A model generated the notes under the pieces. It was not told the origin of the DNA. It did no database searches and saw nothing but the letters and a program-made list of their open reading frames with translations. A stretch of DNA of 64,000 nt from Caldilineaceae bacterium. GTDB taxonomy: Bacteria > Chloroflexota > Anaerolineae > Caldilineales > Caldilineaceae. This document shows positions 52,073-61,962 of the stretch, one piece after another (positions within the stretch are counted from its first letter, which is position 1; every line of letters starts with the position of its first letter). Made by a program: the position numbers and the translations under genes. The stretch covers positions 379,754-443,753 of the forward strand of contig OZ241377.1 in the NCBI GenBank assembly GCA_965200615.1, read 5' to 3'.

Positions 52073-53293
52073 GTGCGCTCGCAGCTATTCTACGCTGTCT
52101 ACGTTCCCACCTTTATTCTATCCTTCTGCCAGGGGATGCTGGCGCTGCTGCTGCCGGTATACGTGATCGATCTGGGGCTGTCCTTCAGCCTGATCGGCAT
52201 TGTGCTGGGCAGTTATGGCATTGGAACGCTGCTTGGAGATCTGCCTGCCGGGGGCATTCAGGACCGCATCGAAAACCGTCTTTCGATGATTATCGGTATC
52301 TGCGTGATGGGGCTGGGGATGCTGGCCCTGAGCTTGTCCATGCGCTTTATCACGCTGGTGATCTGCGGGATCTCGATTGGCGCCGGCGCGGCGTTGTGGA
52401 ACGTCTCCCGGCACGCATACCTGGCCAACAATACGCTCAACGCCAGTCGCGGGCGGGCCATCTCGATCTTCGGCGGCGTCAACCGCATCGGCATGTTCGC
52501 GGGCCCGATTATAGGGGGATATCTGAGCGCGGAGGCGGGCATGCATACCGCCTTTGCCTTCTGCGGCGTTGTCGCGCTGCTGGCGTTGATCTTTCCGCTC
52601 CTGTTCGTACACGACAGCCTGGCCGAAGTGCCGTCGAAACAACAGGTGTCAATGGCGCTTTCCTACGGGCGCATGCTGACCTTTCTGCGCCGCAATGTCT
52701 GGCTGGTGACGCCGGCCGGTTTCGGCATGATCTGTGCGCAGACGATCCGCGCCGGCCGGCAGAGCATCATCCCGCTCTACGCGGCGTCTATACTGGGCCT
52801 GGACGTGGAGCGCATCGGCCTGGTGATGGGGGTCGCCGCGGCGGTGGATATGTCGATGTTCTATCCGGCCGGCTATGTGATGGACCGCTTCGGACGCAAG
52901 TTCGCCTACGTGCCTTCGTTCCTGTTGCAGGCGCTGGGCATGGCCCTGATTCCCCTGACCGGCTCATTTGCGGCGCTGATGGCGGTCACGTCGCTGATCG
53001 GTTTCGGCAACGGGCTTGGCTCGGGGACGATGTTGACGCTGGGCGCGGATCTGGCGCCGCCGAAGGGTGAGGGCATGGGCGCGTTTCTGGGGCTGTGGCG
53101 GCTGATAGGCGACACCGGGCACACGAGCGCCCCCATCATCGTCGGCACGATTGCCGATGCCTTAAGTCTGGCGCCGTCGATCTACGTTATCGCCGTTATC
53201 GGGTTGGGGGCTGGCTCGGTCCTGGGCCTGTTTGTGCCGGAGACGCTGAAGAAGGGGACGACGGTCGGCGCGGAGCCGGCTGCTTCGGGGTAG
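52073..53293 (+). CDS. MFS transporter
   Basis: 12-TM-like hydropathy. GTG start. 406 aa. Confidence 0.75.
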   Translation: MRSQLFYAVYVPTFILSFCQGMLALLLPVYVIDLGLSFSLIGIVLGSYGIGTLLGDLPAGGIQDRIENRLSMIIGICVMGLGMLALSLSMRFITLVICGISIGAGAALWNVSRHAYLANNTLNASRGRAISIFGGVNRIGMFAGPIIGGYLSAEAGMHTAFAFCGVVALLALIFPLLFVHDSLAEVPSKQQVSMALSYGRMLTFLRRNVWLVTPAGFGMICAQTIRAGRQSIIPLYAASILGLDVERIGLVMGVAAAVDMSMFYPAGYVMDRFGRKFAYVPSFLLQALGMALIPLTGSFAALMAVTSLIGFGNGLGSGTMLTLGADLAPPKGEGMGAFLGLWRLIGDTGHTSAPIIVGTIADALSLAPSIYVIAVIGLGAGSVLGLFVPETLKKGTTVGAEPAASG

Positions 53294-53349
53294 GAAAAAA
53301 GAGTGGTACAATTTGGGACCATATCCAAAGGATACAGAGAAGGAATCTA

Positions 53350-53571
53350 ATGATGAAAGATCAAACAAGCAAAGAGCGGCTTGAGGAAATTCAGAAGATC
53401 TATCGATCTTTGGGGCTTGAGTCTGAGGAGGTTCGAAAGTACCTCGCCGCACTTGGCACTCTGTCAAAACAATCGGAACAGAAGCACCCCGTCGTTTTCA
53501 TAGAAGCTGGAATTACGTCTAGCAGCCACGGAGAGATCAAAGATGCCGGACTGGAATCAGCTTCTAAATGA
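53350..53571 (+). CDS. hypothetical small protein (73 aa)
   Basis: ATG after GAAGGA. Low-GC codons. Overlaps the start of the downstream protease gene by 29 nt. No recognisable domain. Confidence 0.4.
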   Translation: MMKDQTSKERLEEIQKIYRSLGLESEEVRKYLAALGTLSKQSEQKHPVVFIEAGITSSSHGEIKDAGLESASK

Positions 53572-54452
53572 GATAAATGCTGCTGGTAGTACACATGACA
53601 TTATTCGTCGGCGATATCTGAGAAAACTTCATGAACTAACCAGTCGGAATGTTATTATCTACTATTCAGGTTGGTTACAGAAGCGAAACTTGGAAGGATG
53701 TAGAGGTAAACGACGCGGACAAAAACGGACTCATGACCGTAATGCATCAGCTGGACCACGACATAGGTCTGGATCTGATCCTTCATACGCCCGGGGGTGA
53801 AACCGCCGCCACTGAATCTCTGGTTGACTATCTTCGTGCCATGTTCGGTACAGACATCCGGGCGTTCGTTCCTCAACTTGCTTTGTCGGCCGGTACCATG
53901 ATTGCTTGCGCTTGTAAAGTAATTTACATGGGAAAACAGTCTAGTCTCGGCCCAATTGACCCGCAGTTTGGCGGCATACCAGCGCACGGGGTCGTGGAGG
54001 AGTTCGAACGCGCGCATCAGGAAATCAGCGAAGATCCAAGCAAAATTCCTGTCTGGCAGCCGATCATTGCCAAATATCCACCCACCTTCATCGGAGAGTG
54101 CGAGAAAGCAATCGAGTGGTCCAATGAGATGGTTACAGAATGGCTCCGGACGGGGATGCTAAATGGTCTAGAAACGAAAGAGCAACAGAGTAAAATTAAG
54201 AATATAGTCGCTAGTCTCACCGATCACGCGCTGTCAAAATCCCACGACCGGCATCTCTCGCTCGACACCTGCAAGGAAATTGGGCTTAAGGTGAGTAGAT
54301 TGGAAGATGATCAACCATTACAGGATGCAGTTCTTTCTGTGCACCACGCTTGTATCCACACTTTGGGAGCAACATCTGCATTCAAAATTATCGAAAACCA
54401 CGAAGGAAGAGCTTTCATTCAGAGTGCTCACCAAGTTGCTGTCCAAGCGTAA
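53543..54452 (+). pseudogene. SDH-family (S49/ClpP-fold) serine proteinase with a frame break near 53684-53700
   Basis: Frame 2: MPDWNQLLNEI..RRRYLRKLHELTSRNVIIYYSGWLQK.. Frame 0: ..DVEVNDADKNGLMTVMHQLDHDIGLDLILHTPGGE..LALSAGTMIACA..GPIDPQ.. The two pieces are contiguous parts of one family architecture. Confidence 0.7.
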
Positions 54453-54491
54453 ACGAAGAGAAATAAGGACAGAGTTTTTGGGAGCCGACCC

Positions 54492-55736
54492 CTAGTAACG
54501 AGTCCCCATCGGCTGAAAGCGCCAGTAGCTGAGCGAACGCCACAACCACTCGAAGGGCCCAAAGCGGTAGTAGCGCAGCCACAGCGGTGACACAACCAGT
54601 TGGACCACCCAGATCGCGGCGACAATGCAGATCTGCCCTACCCGTTCGACCGAACCGAACAGCCCCAGGCCGTGGCCGTAGAAGATGGCCGTGGCCAGGA
54701 TCGTCTGCAGCAGATAGTTCGACAGGGCGGTCCGCCCCACCGCAGCCAGCGCATTCTGCAGCCAGGGCAGCGCGTCCGACCGGGCGAAAAGCGTCAGGAG
54801 TCCGATGTAGGCGGCGCTGACGAAGAGGCTGCCCCAGTAGTTCGGCTGCGCGCCGGGGCCGAACTGGGAGTACTCCATCGACCAGCTGTTGGCGAAGTTC
54901 TGGACTACGCCCCAGCTCACGACAGGCAGGCCGATGGCGAGTCCGAGGATAACCATACCGACGTAGAAGCCGCGCGAACGACTGCCTGTCAGCACGCCCC
55001 ACCGGAAGAGCGCCATCCCTATCAGCATCAGGCCCCCGGCGCGCCACAGCGCCCAGAACAGAAGCCCAAACGTCTGAAATTCGACGGTTGTGGGCACGCG
55101 GGCATCCATTTGCTCAAGCCAGCCGCCCCGGTAGGAGGCCACTTCCTCCGCGATCGTCGCGGCAGCCGGCCGCCAGTCGGCCCGTAGCTCCTGCAGCATT
55201 TCAGGCGGAGTAAACTGCATTGTCAGGCTTGTAGCCAGCAGGATCAGAGCAGGGATCGAGACTACGAGAATACCCAGCGCCATCTGCCAGCCGGGCCGCA
55301 GCCGCCGCAGCCAGTAGACCCAGAAGCCGCACAGCGCGTAGGCCACGAGAATGTCGCCGGACCAGAGCAGGTAGGCGTGGGCAAGACCGATGAGCAGCAG
55401 CCAGAAGGTGCGGCGGTAGTGCAGGCCCCAGGCGCGCTGCCCGCGCGCGTCCAGTTTTTCGCTCATCAGCACGATGCCTGCGCCGAAGAGGAGGGAGAAG
55501 ATAGTCATGAACTTCTGATCGGCGAAGACGTGGCTTAGCGTCCATACCCAGCGGTTAGCCCCGGTCAGATCGCCGTAGACGGTCGGGTTGAAATAAGCGG
55601 CTGCGGGCATGGCGAAGCCCTGAATGTTCATGATCAGAATGCCCAGCAGCGCGAAGCCGCGCAGGATGTCGATGGCGACGATGCGTTCGGCCGGGCGGGT
55701 CGGGGCGGTTACGGGCTGGTTCGATTCAGAGGACAT
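54492..55736 (-). CDS. DUF418/DUF1624-family membrane protein (YeiB-like)
   Basis: ERIVAIDILRGFALLGILIMN...; multi-TM; C-terminal FGPFEWLWRSL. Confidence 0.7.
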   Translation of the reverse strand: MSSESNQPVTAPTRPAERIVAIDILRGFALLGILIMNIQGFAMPAAAYFNPTVYGDLTGANRWVWTLSHVFADQKFMTIFSLLFGAGIVLMSEKLDARGQRAWGLHYRRTFWLLLIGLAHAYLLWSGDILVAYALCGFWVYWLRRLRPGWQMALGILVVSIPALILLATSLTMQFTPPEMLQELRADWRPAAATIAEEVASYRGGWLEQMDARVPTTVEFQTFGLLFWALWRAGGLMLIGMALFRWGVLTGSRSRGFYVGMVILGLAIGLPVVSWGVVQNFANSWSMEYSQFGPGAQPNYWGSLFVSAAYIGLLTLFARSDALPWLQNALAAVGRTALSNYLLQTILATAIFYGHGLGLFGSVERVGQICIVAAIWVVQLVVSPLWLRYYRFGPFEWLWRSLSYWRFQPMGTRY

Positions 55737-55915
55737 ACATATGCCTTCAAGTAGAGAGGGAAGAGGATAGAGAGCGACTCTGACTCCCCCTTTTGCACTC
55801 CTCAGCTTGGTGGAAGAGAACGGAGATTCTTACCCTTATACGCTGGCGCGCACGTTTTATTGCCGCATAGACATTCTGTTCAGGGTGACGGCGCGATGTG
55901 GATAGCGACTGGAGT

Positions 55916-56635
55916 TCAAATGCGCTCCAGATTGGCCTTGATTGAATTCAACACGTCGTCGAACATCGCCGCGGTCAAGCGGCCGGTGTTAGTGTTCTGG
56001 CGGCTGACGTGGTAGGAGGCGTAGAGGCGAGGGAGGCCGGCGGGGAGGGCGTGGGCGGCGCCGTGGGAGAAGGTGAGGCGGGGAAGATCGCGGCCGAGCT
56101 CGCGCAGGGCGCGCAGGTAGCCGTCGAAGGCGATCTTGCCGAGCGCGAGCACCGCTTGCAGGCGTGGCAGCAGGGCCAGCTCCTGCACGAGCCAGCTGCG
56201 GCAGTTATCCAGCTCGGCGGCGGTGGGCCGGTTTTTGGGCGGTACGCAGTAGGCCACGCCGGTCATGTAGCAGTCGATCAGTTCGAGACCGTCGTCCCGG
56301 TGGGTACTGGCCGGCCCGCTGGCGAAGCCGGCGCGGTGCAGGGCAGGGTAGAGGAAAGTGCCCGAACCGTCGCCGGTGAACGGGCGGCCGGTGCGATTGG
56401 CGCCGTGGGCGCCGGGAGCGAGGCCCAGGACGAGAAGGCGAGCGCGGGGATCGCCCCAGCCGGGCACCGGCTTGCCCCAGTAGGTCCAGTCGCGGAAGGC
56501 CTGGCGCTTTGTGGCCGCCACCTCTTCGCGCCAGGCGACCAGGCGCGGGCAGGCCTGGCAGGCGACGGCGGCTTGGTGGAGCGCGTCAAGGGAGTCGAAA
56601 GTGGGATTGCTGCCCGTCGGATGGTTCTGAGGCAT
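55916..56635 (-). CDS. uracil-DNA glycosylase (family 5/UdgB-like)
   Basis: Motifs ACQACPRLV, LLVLGLAPGAHGANRTGRPFTGD, YHVSRQNTNTGRL. Confidence 0.8.
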   Translation of the reverse strand: MPQNHPTGSNPTFDSLDALHQAAVACQACPRLVAWREEVAATKRQAFRDWTYWGKPVPGWGDPRARLLVLGLAPGAHGANRTGRPFTGDGSGTFLYPALHRAGFASGPASTHRDDGLELIDCYMTGVAYCVPPKNRPTAAELDNCRSWLVQELALLPRLQAVLALGKIAFDGYLRALRELGRDLPRLTFSHGAAHALPAGLPRLYASYHVSRQNTNTGRLTAAMFDDVLNSIKANLERI

Positions 56636-56686
56636 TCATTTTTCCATGATTTGGCGGGCGCCCACGAAGAAGCGGAAACCGAACAC

Positions 56687-57688
56687 TTACAGCGTCCGGA
56701 TTTCTACCAGCTGCTCAGCCTCTGGCGTATCCTTGAGCTCGTTACGCAGGGGGCGGCCAAAACCGGGCGCGCTGATCTCGAAGACGTCGCCCGGCTCGGT
56801 CTGGATGCCGGCGGCGAAGCTGAGCGTGGCCGTGCCGTAGAAATGCAGATGCACATCGCCGGGCGTGCGGAAGGGCGCGTACTTGAAGTGATGATGCTGG
56901 ATGTTGGCGAGGCTGTGCGTCATGTTGGCCTCGCCGGTGAGGAAGGGGGCGGACCACAGCTCGCGGTCGTCGCGCAGGATACGAGAGACGCCCTCGATGT
57001 GTTCGGGCGGGTCGCCCAGGAGCAGTTCCGGCCCGCAGGCGCACTGGCGCAGCTTGGAGTGAGCGAGGTAGAGGTAGTTCTTCTTCTCCAGGACATGATC
57101 GGAGAACTCGTTGCCCAGGGCAAAGCCGACGCGCAGAACGGCGCCGTCGTCGCCGATCACGTAACAGCCGACCAGTTCGGGCTCTTCGCTGCCCTCCAGG
57201 GCAAAGGACGGCATGGTCAGCGGCTGTCCCGGCGGCACGAGCCAGCGGCCATCGCCCTTATAGAACCATTCCGGCGCTACGCCCACTTGGCCGGGCGCGG
57301 GTTTGCCGCCTTCCAGGCCCAGACGAAACATGCGCATTGAATCGGTCAGGGTCTCTTCTTCCTCGACGTTGAGGTTCTGGTGCATGGCATCGCGCGCCTG
57401 GGCGCTGCCGAGATGGTCGAGGCCGGTGCCGCTGATCACGAGCCGGGTGGGGTCGGGGTGATCCAATGGCGGCAGGAGTCTGCCGGCGGCGGCGATCGGG
57501 CCATATTCCGCCTGCCGGTCGCCCAGCCGCTCTTCAACGAGCTCGGTCAGCGGCCGCGCGCTGCGGCCTGCCTCCCTGGCCAGATCATATACCCGCTCAG
57601 TCCCGTTGAGAACGTGCAATGTCTCTTCGTTCTCGACCATCGCTACCCGGCGGTCGCCGGCTTCTGTCCGGTACTGCACCAGTCGCAT
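56687..57688 (-). CDS. fumarylacetoacetate-hydrolase-superfamily protein (GguC/AraD1-like, tentative)
   Basis: 333 aa. N-terminus MRLVQYRT..G.RRVAMV and overall FAH-like composition. Assignment from memory. Confidence 0.55.
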   Translation of the reverse strand: MRLVQYRTEAGDRRVAMVENEETLHVLNGTERVYDLAREAGRSARPLTELVEERLGDRQAEYGPIAAAGRLLPPLDHPDPTRLVISGTGLDHLGSAQARDAMHQNLNVEEEETLTDSMRMFRLGLEGGKPAPGQVGVAPEWFYKGDGRWLVPPGQPLTMPSFALEGSEEPELVGCYVIGDDGAVLRVGFALGNEFSDHVLEKKNYLYLAHSKLRQCACGPELLLGDPPEHIEGVSRILRDDRELWSAPFLTGEANMTHSLANIQHHHFKYAPFRTPGDVHLHFYGTATLSFAAGIQTEPGDVFEISAPGFGRPLRNELKDTPEAEQLVEIRTL

Positions 57689-57747
57689 CTCGGTTTCTCC
57701 TCCGCTGCTCAGTTGACTGACGACCAGAAACTAAGAACTGACAACGA

Positions 57748-59652
57748 TTATTGCTTCTCCCACTTCATCGCATCCCAGGCAACCTTGGTGGAGAGATATG
57801 TCTCGTAGGTTACGTCGGAAAGCGAAATGTAGTCCTCGTCCGTGCCGCTGAAGGTGTAGGCGCCCAGTGAGACCCACTGGTCGGAGTGCTGGGACTGATC
57901 CACCTCTCGCAGGGTAAAGCCGCCTGAATGGGAGATCCAGTAGCGGGCGTTGCCGGTCGTCGCGTGGTTCGAGGGAATGTAAACGAATACCTCGTAACTG
58001 GCCGCCTCCAGGTCCGGAGACCACCTGCCCCAGTTGTATCCGGTGCGGGTCTTGTCGTTGTTATTGGTCCAGAAGAGGTGGTCGGAGTGGCCCACGGTCT
58101 CCTCTTGCCACGTGGTCGCAAGGCCGCCTCGCTGGAAACCAGAGTCCTGGTCGTCCACCACCACTGCGATCGGAGTGGGCGTAGGCGAGGGTGAAGCCTC
58201 CGGCGTTGCGACGTCTGTCACGGCGGCCCAACTTAACTTCACCTGGGCGATCTCCACGTGCTCATAGTACTCCAGAACGAGACTCACAGACCCGCCATCG
58301 TGTTGCAGCGTGTATTGGTATGTTGTCGCCGGGTGATCGCTCCAGCCGTCGATCCGTTTTTCATTATCGATAAAGAGGCGCACGCCGTCGTCGGAGACGA
58401 CGTCGAAGCGATAGGTTCCCGCCTCGAGCGAAATCTGTGCAGTCCAGCGGGCCGAAAAGCTGTCGGCGTTGATGGTTGGCGACGCAGGCGACCCGGAGCC
58501 CCAGTTGTAGTCAACGGCGGCCTCCTGCCGGGCGAGCGCGGGCGTGCCGGTCAACGTGCGGTTGTTCCAGTACAGCGCCTGCCAGACGATAACGGGCGTT
58601 GATGTCGGCGTCGGCGTTATCGTCTGGGTGGATGTGGGGATTGCCGGGGTGGCGGTTGGCGCCGGCGTGTAGATGGCTGGCGGTGTTGCTGTCGGCGTGG
58701 CCGTGGCCAGTGGTGTTGTTTCCAGCCTGCTCCAGGTCAGGCTGGCCTGTGCCTGCCCGGTTGCTTCGTAATACTCCATCCGCACGGCAACGGCGCTGCC
58801 ATCCAGGTAGATGACCTGGGAGTAGGTGGTCGCGGTCTGAACCTGCCAGAAATCGATCAGGGTTCTGTCTCCGACTATCAGTCGCACGCCGTCATCCACG
58901 GTAACGGTAAAGCGGTAATCGCCGGCCGGCAGCTGCAGGGACCTGCTCCAACGCACGGAGAACCCATCCTGATTGATGCCGGTGAGGGGACTTTCGTACC
59001 CCCAGTCGAAGTTGAGACGGGCGTCGTCGCGCGTCGTATGCGCCGTACCCGTAAGCGAACTGTTGTTGTAATACTCGCCCCGCCAGTAGGTCGTGGGCAG
59101 ATCCGGTTCCCGCTCCCAACTCACCGAAATAGAGGCCGCGCCGGCCAACTCATAGTACTCGACGCGAATAAGGTGCTGCCCCTCCGACAGGTGCAACCTG
59201 GCCTCGTAAGAGGCTTTCGCCTGTTCGATCCAACTGTCGATTTGAAGCGCATCATCGACCCACAGCCGTACGCCGTCATCGACTTCGACGGTAAAGATGT
59301 AGTTGCCAGCCTCGTCGGCAGAGATGTTGAGATGGCGTTCCCAGCGGGCCGAGAACTGATCGGCGGCGATACCCGTGCCCGGGGAGCCGTCGCCCCATTC
59401 GAAATCCAGCGTCTCATCCTCGCGGGAGATGACGGCATCGCCGGTGAGAGATATGTTGTCCCAGTAGTCGGCGTCCCAGGTCGTATCTGATTCATGGGCC
59501 AGGGCGTCGGCGGAGTTGAGCGCGATAACCGAGAGCGCGCAGAGACCCAGCAGGACGGCACAGCATACAATACGTCCTCCTATGTCCCTGCGCTCGTTAA
59601 GACGGGCGAATAGCCGGGAAACGCCGACTCGAATCCGGTTATCACTCTGCAT
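57748..59652 (-). CDS. secreted protein with three PA14 domains and a C-terminal golvesin-like domain
   Basis: Signal anchor, then three ~140-aa repeats (W.A.YW.N..LTG...FDW/NWG..SP...I..D.FS.RW....L..G.Y.F....DDGVRL..D......W). A Thr/Pro linker follows, then the C-terminal VVDDQDSGFQRGG...YEVFVYIP... Confidence 0.8.
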   Translation of the reverse strand: MQSDNRIRVGVSRLFARLNERRDIGGRIVCCAVLLGLCALSVIALNSADALAHESDTTWDADYWDNISLTGDAVISREDETLDFEWGDGSPGTGIAADQFSARWERHLNISADEAGNYIFTVEVDDGVRLWVDDALQIDSWIEQAKASYEARLHLSEGQHLIRVEYYELAGAASISVSWEREPDLPTTYWRGEYYNNSSLTGTAHTTRDDARLNFDWGYESPLTGINQDGFSVRWSRSLQLPAGDYRFTVTVDDGVRLIVGDRTLIDFWQVQTATTYSQVIYLDGSAVAVRMEYYEATGQAQASLTWSRLETTPLATATPTATPPAIYTPAPTATPAIPTSTQTITPTPTSTPVIVWQALYWNNRTLTGTPALARQEAAVDYNWGSGSPASPTINADSFSARWTAQISLEAGTYRFDVVSDDGVRLFIDNEKRIDGWSDHPATTYQYTLQHDGGSVSLVLEYYEHVEIAQVKLSWAAVTDVATPEASPSPTPTPIAVVVDDQDSGFQRGGLATTWQEETVGHSDHLFWTNNNDKTRTGYNWGRWSPDLEAASYEVFVYIPSNHATTGNARYWISHSGGFTLREVDQSQHSDQWVSLGAYTFSGTDEDYISLSDVTYETYLSTKVAWDAMKWEKQ

Positions 59653-60023
59653 GGCGTTCTCTCAGTCGTGGTCTGGGGGTATGAATCAGTTTGGCCGCCG
59701 TTTTCTCCATGAGTTCGACGGGTTTCCGCTGAATCCAGATGTTTGGAGACGGAACGGCAACCTGAGGACGGTCGGCGGCCAAAGCGGAACAAACGCCACA
59801 GACCACTATTTATCATTCAACGTTGTCAGTGTGAAAATAATTATACACCATGCGCCAAGATCGATCTATAACCTGCCACGCAGTCCTTGGGGTCGGCAAT
59901 GCTGTACACATTACGATTTACCCGTTCGCTGTGCTATCCTTACAGTCGCATTTTGCCCTTTCTGAACGTGCAGTTTTCAGCGCCCGGCAGCCTGAAGGGC
60001 GGGAGCCGGAAAACGGTCCTGGT

Positions 60024-61916
60024 ATGCATTTTGACGCACTGACGCTGGCTGCGGTGGCCGACGAGTTGAGAGAGACGGTCGCGGGCGGCCGGGTACAGCA
60101 GATCGTTCTGCCGGACAGCCGCAGCGTCGCCCTGGAGATCTACGCCCACCGGGAGCGGCGTTATCTTCTGCTTTCGGCACATCCTCAAGCGAGCCGGGCG
60201 CATCTGCTCGAACACAAGCCGCGGCGGGGAGTGGCGAAGGAGACGCCGCTTCTGCTCCTGCTGCGCAAATATGTACGCAGCGCGCGGCTGGAGTCTGTCG
60301 AGCTGCCGGCGCCTTTCGAGCGGGTGCTGTTTCTGCGCTTTCACCATCCCCAGCACGACGCCAGCACGCTCGCGGTCGAACCGATCGGGCAGTTGGGCAA
60401 TGTGATCCTGATAAACGCCGATGGCCGCATTCTGGATGCGCTGGTGCGGGTACCCGCGGGCGAGAACGCCCAGCGCGTCCTGTTGCCGCGTCGGGCGTAT
60501 CAGCTGCCGCCGCCGCAGGACAGGCTGCCGCCGCTCGGGGAGAGCGACGATCCGCATGGTGACGCCGGTCTTTCTCCGACAGACGGGGGCGGCGAGGCTC
60601 AAGCCCCGCTCCTGTGGCGCAGCCTGCTCAACCGTTTCGCGGGCGTCAGCCCGACTTTGGCCAGGGAAGCGGCCTGGCGGGCAACCGGAGACGCCGTCGC
60701 AGCGCTGACAGGGCAGGCGTTCACGGACGGGCGCAGGGCTCTGGGGGAACTGTGGTCAGCCGCGGCTACGAGTGAATGGACGCCCGGCATAGCCGTGGAC
60801 GAAGAGGAGGGTGTGGCCGCGTTTGCGCCCTATGAGCTTCATTTCCGCGGCGAGTTCGTAGAAATGGATTCGATGAGCGCGGCGGCGGCCGCCTTCTACG
60901 CCGCGCAGGAGCGAGACGTTTCCTCCTCGCGGGACGAGTATGCGGGTGTGCGCGGGGGCGTGGCCGCGCTGGTCCGGCAGGCGCAGGCGCGTGTGCAGAG
61001 TCAGTTAAGCGCGCTGGCCGCGGATGAGCCGGCGCCTGGCGAGCCGGAACGTGTGCGCGCGCAGGCGGAGTGGCTGCTGGCGCTCTCGAGCCAGATCAAC
61101 TACGCAAACAGGCCCGGCGCGCAGGACGGATTCAGTCTTCAGGACGGGATGGCCGCAGTAGAGCCGGCGCCGAACGGACAGATGCGGCTGGTCATCTTTG
61201 CCGCGGACACCGATTTCGGACAGCCGGGGGACAAGGATCCGGGAGAGGAGAGGGGCGATCTGATCGTTCCGCTCGACCCGAAACGCACGCCGGTGGAGCA
61301 GGCTGAGCGCATGTTTGACCGGGCCGCCAAGATGGAACGGGCCGCTCGCATTATTCCCAAACGCCGGGCCAGCCTTGAGGCGGACCAGGCCTACTTGCAG
61401 CAGCTGGAGAGCGATCTGGGCCTTGCGCTGGACCAGCCGGAGATCGTCGCGGTGCGGGAAGCCCTGCGGGAAGCGGGCTATCTGCGGCAGCGTCGCGACC
61501 GGCGGGAAAAGGCGCCAAGAGACCGCTCGCGGCCGTTGCGTTATCTTTCGCCCGAAGGGTTCCCGATCCTGGTGGGGCGCAACGCACGCCAGAATGAGAT
61601 CGTCACCTTCAACGAGGCAGGCCGGGATGACCTGTGGCTGCACGTGCGCGACGGGCCGGGCGCGCACGTCGTAATCCGCTGCGGAGGACAACCAGTCTCG
61701 GACCTGACTTTAAACGTTGCCGCCCGGCTGGCGGCCTGGCATTCTGGGCAGCGGGGAAACGCGGGAGCGGCCGTCGCGATCACGCCTCGGCGCTTCGTCA
61801 CACGCATGGCTGGCGGACGACCGGGGCAGGTGCGCTACCGCGGCGAGGAAACGATCAGCGTCGCGGCCGAACTGCCGGCGGAGAGCGAGCAGTGGCTGGC
61901 GGCGCGCGACCATTAG
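60024..61916 (+). CDS. rqcH: RqcH/FbpA (NFACT-family ribosome quality-control protein)
   Basis: NFACT-N (MHFDALTLAAVADELR..GGRVQQI), a coiled-coil middle region, and a DUF814 region (FPILVGRNARQNE..DLWLHVRDGPGAHVVI). Confidence 0.8.
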   Translation: MHFDALTLAAVADELRETVAGGRVQQIVLPDSRSVALEIYAHRERRYLLLSAHPQASRAHLLEHKPRRGVAKETPLLLLLRKYVRSARLESVELPAPFERVLFLRFHHPQHDASTLAVEPIGQLGNVILINADGRILDALVRVPAGENAQRVLLPRRAYQLPPPQDRLPPLGESDDPHGDAGLSPTDGGGEAQAPLLWRSLLNRFAGVSPTLAREAAWRATGDAVAALTGQAFTDGRRALGELWSAAATSEWTPGIAVDEEEGVAAFAPYELHFRGEFVEMDSMSAAAAAFYAAQERDVSSSRDEYAGVRGGVAALVRQAQARVQSQLSALAADEPAPGEPERVRAQAEWLLALSSQINYANRPGAQDGFSLQDGMAAVEPAPNGQMRLVIFAADTDFGQPGDKDPGEERGDLIVPLDPKRTPVEQAERMFDRAAKMERAARIIPKRRASLEADQAYLQQLESDLGLALDQPEIVAVREALREAGYLRQRRDRREKAPRDRSRPLRYLSPEGFPILVGRNARQNEIVTFNEAGRDDLWLHVRDGPGAHVVIRCGGQPVSDLTLNVAARLAAWHSGQRGNAGAAVAITPRRFVTRMAGGRPGQVRYRGEETISVAAELPAESEQWLAARDH

Positions 61917-61962
61917 ACACAACTGATTTCTGAGGCAAGCAGGACACTTTCAGGACCGACAC

